Shown piece by piece: positions 1 through 9,896 of a stretch of 64,000 bases of DNA. The notes beneath the pieces are model-generated. The model had not been told where the DNA came from. It searched no databases and saw only the letters and a program-made list of their open reading frames with translations. The DNA is taken from the IMG/VR virus record IMGVR_UViG_3300029305_011823; one strand, written 5' to 3'. Every line of letters starts with the position of its first letter. Position 1 is the stretch's first letter. Origin of the DNA: a virus. Taxonomy: Duplodnaviria; Caudoviricetes. The translations under genes were made by a program, and so were the position numbers.

Positions 1-1149
1 TGGTATACCTACATCTATTATTTCACATCCTTTTACTGCAAAGAATGAAGATACTGTACCTCCACCACCTTCTGATACTTTTGTAGTTTCTATAGAATAA
101 TCTATTTCATTTTTGACTAATAAATCTTTTATGAATTTTCTTATTTCAAAACTACTATCATTTCCTGATTTTCTTCCTAGATAAGGAACAACTGCAGTTC
201 CTCCTCCTACTATTGCTTTCGCAGCATCTTCAAAATGACCACCATATTGATGTTCATATCCTGCACAAACATCTGCTGATATCATGAATGAATTTCTCAT
301 AAATGCTTTAGCTGTTCTAACACTTTGCATTACATCTACAAAGAAATCTTCTATAACATCACTTTGACAACCAGTTGATTGCTTACTTCCAGTTTCTTCG
401 TAAGAAGCGAATATAGCAACTTGTGACATATCTTTTAATTCTGCTTCAAAGAATGCTTGTAATTCTGCATAAGCACAGCATTTATCATCATGACCATATC
501 CTGTTAATAATTCTCTATCAAAACCTACTTCTCTTACAGCATCACTTGGTACAAAACTTAAATCTGCAAATTCTAAAAAGTTATCTGCAAGATTATATTT
601 TTCTTGTAAAACTTTTAACACGTTTTCTTTTTTGTTTCCTATTCTTACTAAAAGTTTTTCATATTTCAATTCTTTCATTTCTTTTCTACCATCAAGATGT
701 GGTAATAAACTAGATATAACAAAATTATATTCTTCTTTTGTGTTTATATCTATAACATTACCATCTTTATCTTCAACTCTACCAACTAATGCTAGAGGTC
801 TATCTAACCAGCTTTGTTGTATTATACCACCATATGGTATAACTTTTAAAAATACGCCATCTTCTTTTTCTACTAATGGGTCTCCTATTATTACATCTAA
901 TCTAGGACTATCTAAATGGCTAACTATCATATTAGCACCTTTGAAATCTAATCCTAGTTTCATTAATATTATAAGTTTATCTCTGAAAACATAGAATATT
1001 TTATCTCCTTGTTTATAATTGCAAAAATCTTTATATTCTACAAATCCATGTTCTAATGCTTGTTCTTTTATATATTTTACCATCATTCTTTCATGTAAAC
1101 CATATTGGTTCATCATATGTTTATATTTTCTAAAAAACGCTTTTTTCAT
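1..1149 (-). CDS. apeA: M18 family (aspartyl) aminopeptidase, 3' end runs off the window
   Basis: Not in the ORF track. Manual translation from ATG 1149 (RBS GGAGG) gives MKKAFFRKY...SHLDSPRLD...YGGI...WLDRPLALVGRV...GYGHDDK...YEETGS...SADV, the M18 metal-ligand motifs. Confidence 0.9.
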   Translation of the reverse strand, partial: MKKAFFRKYKHMMNQYGLHERMMVKYIKEQALEHGFVEYKDFCNYKQGDKIFYVFRDKLIILMKLGLDFKGANMIVSHLDSPRLDVIIGDPLVEKEDGVFLKVIPYGGIIQQSWLDRPLALVGRVEDKDGNVIDINTKEEYNFVISSLLPHLDGRKEMKELKYEKLLVRIGNKKENVLKVLQEKYNLADNFLEFADLSFVPSDAVREVGFDRELLTGYGHDDKCCAYAELQAFFEAELKDMSQVAIFASYEETGSKQSTGCQSDVIEDFFVDVMQSVRTAKAFMRNSFMISADVCAGYEHQYGGHFEDAAKAIVGGGTAVVPYLGRKSGNDSSFEIRKFIKDLLVKNEIDYSIETTKVSEGGGGTVSSFFAVKGCEIIDVGIP

Positions 1150-1176
1150 AATTATTTCCTCCTATATTTTTTAAAT

Positions 1177-1713
1177 TTATTTTATAGCAAAGAATGCATT
1201 ATGATAATCTACTAAATCAAATAAAGCTTCAGTTGATACAAAAACGCCATAAACATAATAATCGCCACCTACATATGCATTTTCGTATGTTCCATCTTCC
1301 AATATTTTATAACAAGGGTAATACAGTTCACCCTCAGGTCCCATATGTTCTTCTACTACTAATTGATAACCGATGTAATCAAAATTTTCATCTCTTGATA
1401 ATCTTTCCCAAGCATTAACTACTTCTTCACCATATTTTTCTACTATTTCAACTCTAGCTTCTTCTTGAGGTGATAATATGATTTCTGGTTCTTCAGGTTC
1501 TTGCTCAGGTAATTCAGGCATTGGTTCTTTAATAGGTTCTTCTTCAGGTATTTTTTCTTCTTTATTTTCCTCAATTAGTTTTTCTTCTTGTGTCGATTCT
1601 CTTGAAGGTATATCTTCAGGATCTCGATTTGTAACTGATTTAATAGCTAATAATGTAGCCATTAATAGCACTACTAAAGCTAATGTTATAGTTATTCTAT
1701 TATTATCATTCAT
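1177..1713 (-). CDS. Hypothetical membrane-anchored protein with Glu/Pro-rich linker
   Basis: N-terminal hydrophobic helix, EP-rich stalk, RBS AGGAG. Confidence 0.75.
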   Translation of the reverse strand: MNDNNRITITLALVVLLMATLLAIKSVTNRDPEDIPSRESTQEEKLIEENKEEKIPEEEPIKEPMPELPEQEPEEPEIILSPQEEARVEIVEKYGEEVVNAWERLSRDENFDYIGYQLVVEEHMGPEGELYYPCYKILEDGTYENAYVGGDYYVYGVFVSTEALFDLVDYHNAFFAIK

Positions 1714-1742
1714 AATTGTATTCGTCTCCTTTTTTATTAAAA

Positions 1743-1768
1743 AAAGAGAAGGGTGAAACCTTCTCTTT
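1743..1768. terminator. Intrinsic terminator hairpin downstream of nrdJ
   Basis: AAAGAGAAGG-gtgaaa-CCTTCTCTTT flanked by A/T tracts. Confidence 0.8.
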
Positions 1769-1773
1769 ATATA

Positions 1774-2139
1774 TTAATCACATTTACTATATCCACAATT
1801 TGTACATTGCATACATCCACCTGACATTTGTAATGTCTTTTCTTTACATTCTGGACATTCTTTTAAACCAATGATATTAGATTCTTCTTCATGATCTTCG
1901 TCTATTTCCTTCATAGCTTTGAATATTACTTGGAATTCTTTATTTAACTCTATTAAAGCTTTACCTACTGCACCAGCACATGAAGAACCTGGTGATAATA
2001 TTATTCCTTTAGCTCTTGAACTTGCAAATGAAGGACAGTTTATAGTTGATGCTAATTGATCTGCTACATCTTTAACATCTACACCTGCTCTTAATGTTAT
2101 AGATATCATTCTAGATAAAGCATTTAGATTACTATTACA
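1774..2139 (-). CDS. nrdJ: Class II ribonucleotide reductase, exon 2 (TSCPD domain and C-terminal Zn ribbon)
   Basis: After the intron's terminal G (2140) the frame reads CNSNLNALSRMISITLRAG...CPEC...GGCMQCTNCGYSKC and continues exon 1 GGTGG. Confidence 0.88.
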   Translation of the reverse strand, partial: CNSNLNALSRMISITLRAGVDVKDVADQLASTINCPSFASSRAKGIILSPGSSCAGAVGKALIELNKEFQVIFKAMKEIDEDHEEESNIIGLKECPECKEKTLQMSGGCMQCTNCGYSKCD

Positions 2140-3091
2140 CGTTTACACCGTCTCTTTCGAGATATTTATTACGGACTAGACTATATCTTCATCTTATATT
2201 CTGTTACCAAATATAAGATGCTCGGCACTTCCAGTCGGGATTTACACCCAAATACCTGTACTCTACTCCCTTCTTCATATAGATATTTCTCCTATATTAT
2301 GGTTTCGATAGTCGTTTGACGTTTATAATAATTATTAATCAATATAATTAAATCGTATAAAATTTAATTTGGATTTTTTACTTGTTGTCGTAGGATTTTG
2401 TATTTGACCAACTATTCTTCTGTGTATAGCTGTATCAGACACACCATAAAAACGTCCACAATCGGTAATAGAATTAAAAATCATACATTCTCCTGTTAAA
2501 ATATTCTCAGCTTTTATTTTACGAACATGCGTATCTTTTGGTGGATTATTATTTACATGACATCTATGCCATTGATTATATGAATTATCACACCATTCTA
2601 AATTTTCAACTCTATTATCAGATCTATCACCATTTTTATGGTTTACCATAGGTAAATTTTCTGGATTAGGTATAAAAGTTTCAGCAACTATTCTATGCGT
2701 CCTAAGGTCTTTTTTATTTCCTAAATCGTCCGAATATCCATGATGATCATACCCATCTTTATCAAGATGTAATTTTAATATATAACCTTTAGAATATATT
2801 GCAAAACTTTTTACTCTACCCATATTTGAAATTTGATATTTACCATTAAATCCTTCTATATCAACCCATATCTCATTTTCCATCCCAATCACCCTTTCTT
2901 TATTTAGGATGATTAATAATTATTATACTTCGCACAGGATTACCATATCTTCCGACTTAGGTTTCCCCTGTTAGCATATTCATTCACCATCATTTCCTAT
3001 GGTTACAATTAAGTTGAATATACACCCTAGAATTCTAGGTTCACCGAGTTTTAACTATTATATTACTATAATAGTGAGGCTAGATTAACCA
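2140..3091 (-). mobile_element. Group I intron in nrdJ carrying an HNH homing endonuclease
   Basis: 5' exon GAGGU pairs with GCCUC through a U.G wobble (P1). Core elements AACUCGGUGAAC (P), AAUCCUGUGCGAAG (Q), UCAAACGACUA (R), GAAGAUAUAGUCU (S). Terminal G precedes an in-frame exon. Confidence 0.9.
2335..2883 (-). CDS. Intron-encoded NUMOD4-HNH homing endonuclease
   Basis: EIWVDIEGFNGKYQISNMGRVKS (NUMOD4), HRIVAETFIPNPENLPMVNHKNGDRSDNRVENLEW (HNH), C-terminal NUMOD1-like HTH. Start ATG 2883, or TTG 2892. Confidence 0.93.
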   Translation of the reverse strand: MENEIWVDIEGFNGKYQISNMGRVKSFAIYSKGYILKLHLDKDGYDHHGYSDDLGNKKDLRTHRIVAETFIPNPENLPMVNHKNGDRSDNRVENLEWCDNSYNQWHRCHVNNNPPKDTHVRKIKAENILTGECMIFNSITDCGRFYGVSDTAIHRRIVGQIQNPTTTSKKSKLNFIRFNYID

Positions 3092-4975
3092 ACCTCCTGT
3101 TCCTCCTTTATTTATAAATACTTCTGTCATTTTACCTGTGTTTCTATCGAAATATACTTGAAGATGTAATGAACCACATCCACCTGATAATTTTTTCTTT
3201 AAGCCTATAACATCATCACTTGTAGGTACTACTACACCTCTAGGTATTTCATTTTTATTTTCTTCAACTTCTACAGATTTTTCTTCTTCTTTAGGTTTAC
3301 TTGTTGTTAATATTGCAGCTCTATCACAACCATCTCTAAAGATTGTCATTCCTTTTAATCCTTTATTCCATGCATGTATATATAATTTCTCAACTTCTTC
3401 TACAGTTGTTTCATTTGGAAGATTTAATGTTGATGATATACTAGCATCTATATGTTTTTGCCATATACCTTGCATTTCAACACGTTTATATGGATCTATA
3501 TTTTGTGTAGTTACAAAGAATTCTGGTAATTCCTCTTCTTCAGTTAAATTATGACTCTTCATATACTTTTCAGCTATTGGTGTAAATACTTTATAATATC
3601 TATCTTCACCATGTAATGATTCTGTTTTTCTTGTATACGATAAACTGAATATCGGTTCTATACCACCACTTATTCCTAACATTGTAGATAATGTTCCACA
3701 TGGTGCTATTGTTAATAATTGACTATTTCTTAAACCATATTCTTCAACTAATCTATACGTATCCATAGTTGTATTCATTGTTAAGAATGATGACTTTAAT
3801 ACAGCTTCATCATTATATTTAGGATAAGGTCCGTATTCTTTAGCTAATAATGCACTTGCATATATCACTTCATTAGCCATTATAAATCCTAAATGATCAC
3901 AGAATTTTTGTGCTTCATCTGTATCGTATTTTAATCCTAATTTAATTAACATATCTGCTATACCCATTACACCTATTCCTATTTGTCTCCAATCTCTTAC
4001 AGAATCTCTTTGAACTTGTAAAGGATGTAATGGTAATCCTTGATCTAAAACGTCATTCATACCTTTAACTATTACATGTAAATCATTTAAAAATTCTTCT
4101 GAATCAAACTCAGCATTTTTAACATATGCAGCTAAGTTTATTGAACCTAATAAGCAACTTCCACCTGCAGGAAGAGGTTCCTCAGCACAAGGATTAACTC
4201 CAGCATATTCAAATTCTGGATCTTCACTTAATAAATTATAATTTGTTATTCTATCCCAGAATAATATACCTGGTTCAGCCATAGACCAGTTATTTTTACT
4301 TAATAATCTAAATAACTTTTTAGCGTTAACCATTTTACTCATTTTATCCCCATGTTCTGTTTCAAAAGATAATTCCCATTCTTCATCATTTATAACAGCA
4401 AACATAAAAGCATCGTTTACTCTTACAGATATATTTGCTTTTGTTACTCTAGTTAAATCATTTTTGATTTCTATAAATTCTTCTAAATCAGGATGATCAC
4501 AACTTATTGAAAGCATCAAAGCTCCACGGCGACCATTTTGTCCTATAGTTCCTGTTACTTGACTAAATGTATCCATAAATGATACTGCACCTGTAGTTGT
4601 ATTAGATGCATTATTTACTTTCATTCCTCTAGGTCTTAATTTACTTATATCTACTCCACAACCTCCAGAATAGCTATATGTTCTAGCTAAATCCGAACAT
4701 GTTTTATATATAGATTCTATTGAATCTTCTACTGGTGGTAATACATAACAATTTGAATATGTTATTTTTCTACCTAATTTATCCATTCCTCTATTTGCTA
4801 ATATACGTCCAGCGAATAAGAATTTTTTATCTTTAATTAATTGAGCAATTTCTACATCCCCGTTACTTACCCTATTTAACCATTCATCAAATGTTTCATT
4901 ATTTTGACAATATTTCTTTTCCCATATATCAATCCCTAATTGATTTTCATTTCCTAACCATTCATTTATTAACAT
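3092..4975 (-). CDS. nrdJ: Class II (adenosylcobalamin-dependent) ribonucleotide reductase, exon 1 (catalytic barrel)
   Basis: SNCYV, GGCG, RRGALM, EPG, NPCAE, CLLGSINL, TIAPxGT, GIEP, SISST and KGxTIFRDG motifs; spliced product about 749 aa. Confidence 0.93.
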
Positions 4976-5017
4976 ATATACTTACCTCCCATAATAATAT
5001 ATTTTATTTTTTATTCG

Positions 5018-5029
5018 TACTTAATTGTT
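5018..5029 (-). promoter_or_regulatory. Late-type promoter AACA-N6-TA (nrdJ)
   Basis: AACA-ATTAAG-TA just upstream of the nrdJ RBS; motif recurs 20 times in the window. Confidence 0.75.
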
Positions 5030-5043
5030 ATAATCAAAATAAA

Positions 5044-5070
5044 AAGATATAGGAAAGATTCCTATATCTT
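5044..5070. terminator. Terminator hairpin (AGATATAGG family)
   Basis: AAGATATAGGAA-aga-TTCCTATATCTT. Confidence 0.8.
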
Positions 5071-5075
5071 AAAGT

Positions 5076-5288
5076 TTACTTTTTATATATACCTGGAAAC
5101 ACTTTTACTAATGTCTCAGCAGAATCAAATTCGTATTCATTAGTTTCACAACCGTTTTCAGAAACTATTATTGTGTCATTTTTAAGTTTTAATATAAATT
5201 TTCCGTCTTCCTTATAAGATGAGAATGACTCGTTCATAATCATTAACATAGCATACACTTTCATATATTCATTATCTAACATAATCAT
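5076..5288 (-). CDS. Hypothetical protein
   Basis: 70-aa ORF with RBS GGAGG. Confidence 0.7.
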   Translation of the reverse strand: MIMLDNEYMKVYAMLMIMNESFSSYKEDGKFILKLKNDTIIVSENGCETNEYEFDSAETLVKVFPGIYKK

Positions 5289-5294
5289 TACCTC

Positions 5295-5471
5295 CTATAA
5301 ATTATTATAAAATTCACTATTGAACATATTATTTTTTAATTCTTCTTCATCAAATTGTTTTGTTACTTCTACAATTTCATCACAATTTTCACATTGATAT
5401 TTATATATTAATTCGTCACTATTCCATTTATAAGATATTAATTTTAAGTTTCCTTTACAATTTTTACACAT
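5295..5471 (-). CDS. Small zinc-ribbon protein (58 aa)
   Basis: Below the ORF-track cutoff: MCKNCKG...YQCENCDE, RBS GGAGTG, late promoter at 5504-5515. Confidence 0.75.
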   Translation of the reverse strand: MCKNCKGNLKLISYKWNSDELIYKYQCENCDEIVEVTKQFDEEELKNNMFNSEFYNNL

Positions 5472-5525
5472 TATAAATCACTCCTTAATTAATATTTTTA
5501 TTCTAAACATTTGTTACTTAATTCA

Positions 5526-5675
5526 TTAAAAGTTATTATTTTCTTCTTCGTTTTTCTTTTTAATGAAATTTACTTGTTTAAATGTAGGCATCCACGTCTT
5601 ATAATCTGAAATAAATACAAATATAAATAATGCTAAGAAGAACACGTACATGAACTTAGCAAACGAAATATACAT
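5526..5675 (-). CDS. Small single-pass membrane protein (49 aa)
   Basis: Below the cutoff: MYISFAKFMYVFFLALFIFVFISDYKTW...; RBS AGGAGA. Confidence 0.65.
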   Translation of the reverse strand: MYISFAKFMYVFFLALFIFVFISDYKTWMPTFKQVNFIKKKNEEENNNF

Positions 5676-5690
5676 AAACACCATCTCCTA

Positions 5691-6416
5691 TCATTTTAAA
5701 AATCCTTTCACGCATTTAGTTTTATGATTATATTGAATTTGTTTTGTTAATTCTGAAATTATATTAACTAATACTATAGAGCTTCCTATATTAAGCCCTA
5801 TATAGTTTATCACAAGAAGGATCATAATATTTAAGATGATTTTATCAAATTCCATTTGTTTTAATACTTTCTTTGTATCACTCATTTTGTATCCTTTAAA
5901 TGCTATTGAATTTGAACTCATCATTTTGAACTCATCATCAACTTTTGAATCAGTTAGATCTAATACTAAACTTATTATAGGAATTGATAATCCTTTAGGT
6001 ATGTTTAAGTGTGATAATAATTCTGATAATATTAATGTGGATGGTGCATTAGTTAAAACCTTTTTACGTAAAACATCTTTACCGTTAATACATATAGTTT
6101 CTTTATTTATTGTAATCTTATTTAATAATATTGCTAATGGTATAGTTATTGTACCATATTTATCTATATGCGTTATTATATCAAATCCTAATAGAATTGA
6201 TATGAAATCAATGTTTTCATTTTTAGTTTTTATTATCTTATTGATTTGGTTTATAGTTGCTGATAATATCATTATTTTTCCATCTCTATATATTAATCCT
6301 GGTATTAAGATAGAAAGAATGTCTTTATATTTATCATCTATTTTAATATCAAACTTATTAAAAACGTTTTCTATAACTCTTATAAATGCATTACTACTTA
6401 TTGCAGGTCGTATCAT
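5691..6416 (-). CDS. Hypothetical early protein
   Basis: 241-aa ORF with RBS GGGGGA, preceded by the early-type motif. Confidence 0.65.
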   Translation of the reverse strand: MIRPAISSNAFIRVIENVFNKFDIKIDDKYKDILSILIPGLIYRDGKIMILSATINQINKIIKTKNENIDFISILLGFDIITHIDKYGTITIPLAILLNKITINKETICINGKDVLRKKVLTNAPSTLILSELLSHLNIPKGLSIPIISLVLDLTDSKVDDEFKMMSSNSIAFKGYKMSDTKKVLKQMEFDKIILNIMILLVINYIGLNIGSSIVLVNIISELTKQIQYNHKTKCVKGFLK

Positions 6417-6453
6417 AACTCAATCCCCCAATTTATTTTATTTATTTCAAATA

Positions 6454-6471
6454 TATAATATATAATTGAAA
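6454..6471 (-). promoter_or_regulatory. Early-type promoter TTTCAAT-NN-TATATTATA
   Basis: One of 6 near-identical intergenic copies. Confidence 0.7.
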
Positions 6472-6485
6472 TAAACATAAATTAC

Positions 6486-6511
6486 AGGTGTAACCATAAT
6501 TGGTTACACCT
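6486..6511. terminator. Terminator hairpin
   Basis: AGGTGTAACCA-taat-TGGTTACACCT. Confidence 0.75.
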
Positions 6512-6516
6512 TGTTA

Positions 6517-8103
6517 TTAATGAACTATTTTACTACCACCTATAAATTCACGGACTATAGATGTATTTGGTATATCACTTACATCTTCTAATGGTATAAA
6601 ATATTGTAATAATCTTAGAAGCCTTATTGCTTCTAGATATGCTGGACTCTCAGGTTTTATTTCTTCTAATAAAGGTTGAGCATATACTTTTAATAAAGCC
6701 AATTCATGTAATCCCGCTGAATTAAACATAACATCTGCTTGTTCTTGATAAGGGAATATATTAAGTTCTTCTCCTCTTCTTACAGATCCCCATGACATTA
6801 TTGTAGCTTCAGCATTACATCCTCTATGTGTATTATCTCTAACCATACGTCTTAATAATCTTAAATCTGTAGTTGGTATTCTACTATGATTATCTAAGTT
6901 AATTTGAGTTAATACTGATAGGTATATCTTGAACTTATCTTCTTCAGCGATATCTCTAGTTAATATAGGATTTAAGCCATGTATACCTTCTATTATAACA
7001 ACTTCATCTTTATTTAGCTTCATAGTTTTATCTGTTATATATTGCTTTCCTTCTACGAAATCAAATTCTGGAACGTATATTTCTTCTCCGTTTAATAAAG
7101 CTTTTAAATCATCATTGAATTGGTCAACTCTAATAGCTTTAATTGTTTCATAATCATATTTACCGTCTTCATCAAGAGGTGTATCTTCTCTATTAACAAA
7201 ATAGTTATCCATAGATATTGCCACTGTATTTATTCCATTCACTCTTAAATGTATACTTAATCTATGAGCAAAACTAGTTTTACCTGATGATGAAGGTGCA
7301 GCTATTAATACTATTTTCTTTTTCTGTTCTTTTATCATATCTGCAATATGAGCTAATTTCTTTTCTTGCATAACTTCAATAGTTCTTATCATATTTCCAT
7401 ATTTACCATTTTCAATAACTCTATTTAAATCTACAACATTCTCAATACCTAATACATTAGACCAATCTTCAAATTCCCTATATATACTTGCTAATTTAGC
7501 TTGGTCTTTAAATTCGGCTATTTTACGAATATTCTTTTTATTAGGACCTAATAATATCATACCATCTTTATAAGCTCTAATACCAAATGTTTGTACATAA
7601 CCTGTAGATGGTAACATGTGCCCATAAAAATGTTCTATGAATCCTTCACATTCATAAAGTTTAACTCTAGGCTTTTCTTTATATTCTAAAAGTTCTGCTT
7701 TCTCTGACATATTACGGTCATTTAATAATATCATAGCTTCTTCTTTATTTACAATAATTTTATTTATCGGTAAATCTTGATTGACTATTTCTTTCATTTT
7801 TAAAACTATTTTACTCATATCATAAGGTTTTTCAACCTCACAATATAATCCACCACATAAGGCATGTTCTATTACAACTTTCTGATTTGGATATAATTCA
7901 TCACAAGCCATAATAAAAATAAATTTTAATGTTCTAGAATATACTCTATACCCATCTGGATTTGAAATATCTAGAAATTCAATATTATCCACTTCAGGGT
8001 CTACTTCAAAATTTAATTCTCTAAGTTTATTATTTACTTTAGCTAACATAGGATATTCAAATCCTATTTTCATCGCATAATCGTTTAATTTAATCATATT
8101 CAT
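6517..8103 (-). CDS. udk: Uridine/nucleoside kinase with N-terminal ThrRS-like domain
   Basis: ThrRS N1/N2-like start (AKVNNKLREL, GGLYC, FYGHMLPSTG), P-loop AAPSSSGKT, SMDNYF, IIEGIHGLN, RLLRRMVRD, EFIGGS; typical clostridial fusion kinase. Late promoter at 8126-8137. Confidence 0.88.
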   Translation of the reverse strand: MNMIKLNDYAMKIGFEYPMLAKVNNKLRELNFEVDPEVDNIEFLDISNPDGYRVYSRTLKFIFIMACDELYPNQKVVIEHALCGGLYCEVEKPYDMSKIVLKMKEIVNQDLPINKIIVNKEEAMILLNDRNMSEKAELLEYKEKPRVKLYECEGFIEHFYGHMLPSTGYVQTFGIRAYKDGMILLGPNKKNIRKIAEFKDQAKLASIYREFEDWSNVLGIENVVDLNRVIENGKYGNMIRTIEVMQEKKLAHIADMIKEQKKKIVLIAAPSSSGKTSFAHRLSIHLRVNGINTVAISMDNYFVNREDTPLDEDGKYDYETIKAIRVDQFNDDLKALLNGEEIYVPEFDFVEGKQYITDKTMKLNKDEVVIIEGIHGLNPILTRDIAEEDKFKIYLSVLTQINLDNHSRIPTTDLRLLRRMVRDNTHRGCNAEATIMSWGSVRRGEELNIFPYQEQADVMFNSAGLHELALLKVYAQPLLEEIKPESPAYLEAIRLLRLLQYFIPLEDVSDIPNTSIVREFIGGSKIVH

Positions 8104-8176
8104 ACCTCTCCTCTTCTTTATAGTTTATTATGTTGTTACATATTAAATAAAAAAAATTAAAGAGGATCACTCCTCT

Positions 8177-8542
8177 TTAATAGAAATCATGATATGAATT
8201 TATATAATAATGTTCCATGAAATATTCAGGTATTTCTGTAGGTTCGTCAACTTCTTTAATCACTGAGAATGAATCAAATGTTCCATATCTTGCTAACATT
8301 CCTACGAAATCTTTAACTGTGTCCATTACATCATAATTTTCCCAATCGATTTCATTTAATATAATTTTAACATAGAAATCATTATTTTCACATCCAATGT
8401 CTATTCCATTTCCATAGCCATGATAATCTGCAGAATATAAATCTCCACAGAATGCTACAGCATTACTTAATGCTTTAAATGTTGTTAATGTGTCAAATTC
8501 TTCATTTTGTTTTACAACTATTTTAATTATATAATTTTTCAT
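8177..8542 (-). CDS. Hypothetical protein
   Basis: ORF; likely start MKNYII after RBS GGAGG. Confidence 0.7.
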   Translation of the reverse strand: MKNYIIKIVVKQNEEFDTLTTFKALSNAVAFCGDLYSADYHGYGNGIDIGCENNDFYVKIILNEIDWENYDVMDTVKDFVGMLARYGTFDSFSVIKEVDEPTEIPEYFMEHYYINSYHDFY

Positions 8543-8555
8543 ATTTACATTCCTC

Positions 8556-9131
8556 CTATAAATTATTAATACAATTTTCCATAAATTCATATGTTCTAGG
8601 TGTATTTTCTTTTAATCTTTCAGGATTTAATATATATTCTGCAAATGCTGATGCAAAATATTCTAACTCATTTGATGTAAAATATTCATGGTTATTATCT
8701 ACTGCAAAATTTTCTTTTTCACTTAGATAAATATCCATAAATTCTTCACTTTCACTTATAAATCTAATTGCTAATTCATCATCTAATACATGACCATATT
8801 CATGTAATGTAGTTCTTTCAACATATAAATCTATGTTTGATATTTTAATAGTTCTAAAACCAAAATATGTTCTTCCTAATGTAATATATCCGTCAATATC
8901 TGAATCCATTTCATCTACTACGTAAATTTTATAATTTTCTTCTTCAACTAATTCTTTTACCTTTTCAGGTAATTTATCATAAGCGTTCCAAACTCTTTCA
9001 TAAACTTCTCCATTTGTATAAATATTCTCATTACACATTAATAACTTTCCAGGTATTTCTGATTCAAATAAAAGATACCAACAACCTAAGAATCCAATTA
9101 TATATATCCAAATAGCAAATTTATTCTTCAT
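8556..9131 (-). CDS. Secreted or membrane-anchored zinc metalloprotease, ATLF/PPEP-1-like
   Basis: N-terminal hydrophobic segment; LHEYGH, EYFAxAF, LKENTPRTYEFM. Confidence 0.8.
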   Translation of the reverse strand: MKNKFAIWIYIIGFLGCWYLLFESEIPGKLLMCNENIYTNGEVYERVWNAYDKLPEKVKELVEEENYKIYVVDEMDSDIDGYITLGRTYFGFRTIKISNIDLYVERTTLHEYGHVLDDELAIRFISESEEFMDIYLSEKENFAVDNNHEYFTSNELEYFASAFAEYILNPERLKENTPRTYEFMENCINNL

Positions 9132-9176
9132 CCAATTCCCTCCATTTATTTTATAGTTTGGAACATATAAAAATAA

Positions 9177-9200
9177 TAAGGGAGAATAATTTCTCCCTTA
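9177..9200. terminator. Terminator hairpin
   Basis: TAAGGGAGAA-taat-TTCTCCCTTA. Confidence 0.8.
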
Positions 9201-9206
9201 CCACAA

Positions 9207-9743
9207 TTATTTTATAACATCTTTAAGCCAATCAGGACAAGTTGATTGAGCTTTAAGTTTTCTATGTTTTTTGTATAACACTTCTCTAGCTTCTGAATCA
9301 TCTGCTCCTGGTCTTTTTGTCATTTTAACTTCTTCTTCATAATCTTCTATTAGAAGACTACATTGTAGGTCAGGCTTAGCTATGAAATTAAACTTCTTGC
9401 CTGTATCTACATAATTTAATATTGTCTCACTTGCTACTTCATATATTGCACTTACATCTCTGAATTGATAATCGTTTGTTAATATTCTTTCTGCTTCTTG
9501 TTTATCTACGCCAAAATCTAATAATATTTTCATTACCATTTTTCTGAAATCTAATGGTACATTTATTTCTTCTTCTACTAATTCACCATTCTTAGTTTTT
9601 GCTATTGTTGTTGTATTACCTATGTCATTTAAATATGCAGCTGTCAAATCATTAAATAATTCACGGCTAAATGATCTTTTTCCTCCGTTATTTAATTCTT
9701 CTTTCACTTCATTTACTAATTCCATATAAGTTTTCATATACAA
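9207..9743 (-). CDS. Hypothetical protein, possibly DNA-binding
   Basis: 178-aa ORF with strong RBS, preceded by both early and late promoter motifs. Confidence 0.75.
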   Translation of the reverse strand: MYMKTYMELVNEVKEELNNGGKRSFSRELFNDLTAAYLNDIGNTTTIAKTKNGELVEEEINVPLDFRKMVMKILLDFGVDKQEAERILTNDYQFRDVSAIYEVASETILNYVDTGKKFNFIAKPDLQCSLLIEDYEEEVKMTKRPGADDSEAREVLYKKHRKLKAQSTCPDWLKDVIK

Positions 9744-9783
9744 TTACCTCCAATAATTTTATATTTTTATTTTACTTCACCTA

Positions 9784-9817
9784 TATAATATAGCATTGAA
9801 ATTTCACCTTTTTACAC
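9784..9817 (-). promoter_or_regulatory. Early-type promoter with upstream GTGTAAAAAGG element
   Basis: GTGTAAAAAGGTGAAATTTCAATGCTATATTATA on the minus strand. Confidence 0.75.
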
Positions 9818-9820
9818 TTA

Positions 9821-9859
9821 TAATAATTTGTTAGAATTCGTATAGAAAACAATACTCTA
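9821..9859. promoter_or_regulatory. Back-to-back late promoters (9821-9832 minus; 9848-9859 plus)
   Basis: AACA-AATTAT-TA and AACA-ATACTC-TA. Confidence 0.75.
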
Positions 9860-9896
9860 AGGACAATTAAAACTCTGAAAGAAAGGAGAAAACCAA

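Noticed and set aside
423-994. Plus-strand ORFs 423-713 and 632-994, and similar antisense ORFs elsewhere (e.g. 5836-6465, 17288-17980, 35590-35985, 61719-62048)
   Set aside because: Shadow frames opposite well-supported genes; no RBS or promoter, and biased Ser/Leu/Phe/Ile composition
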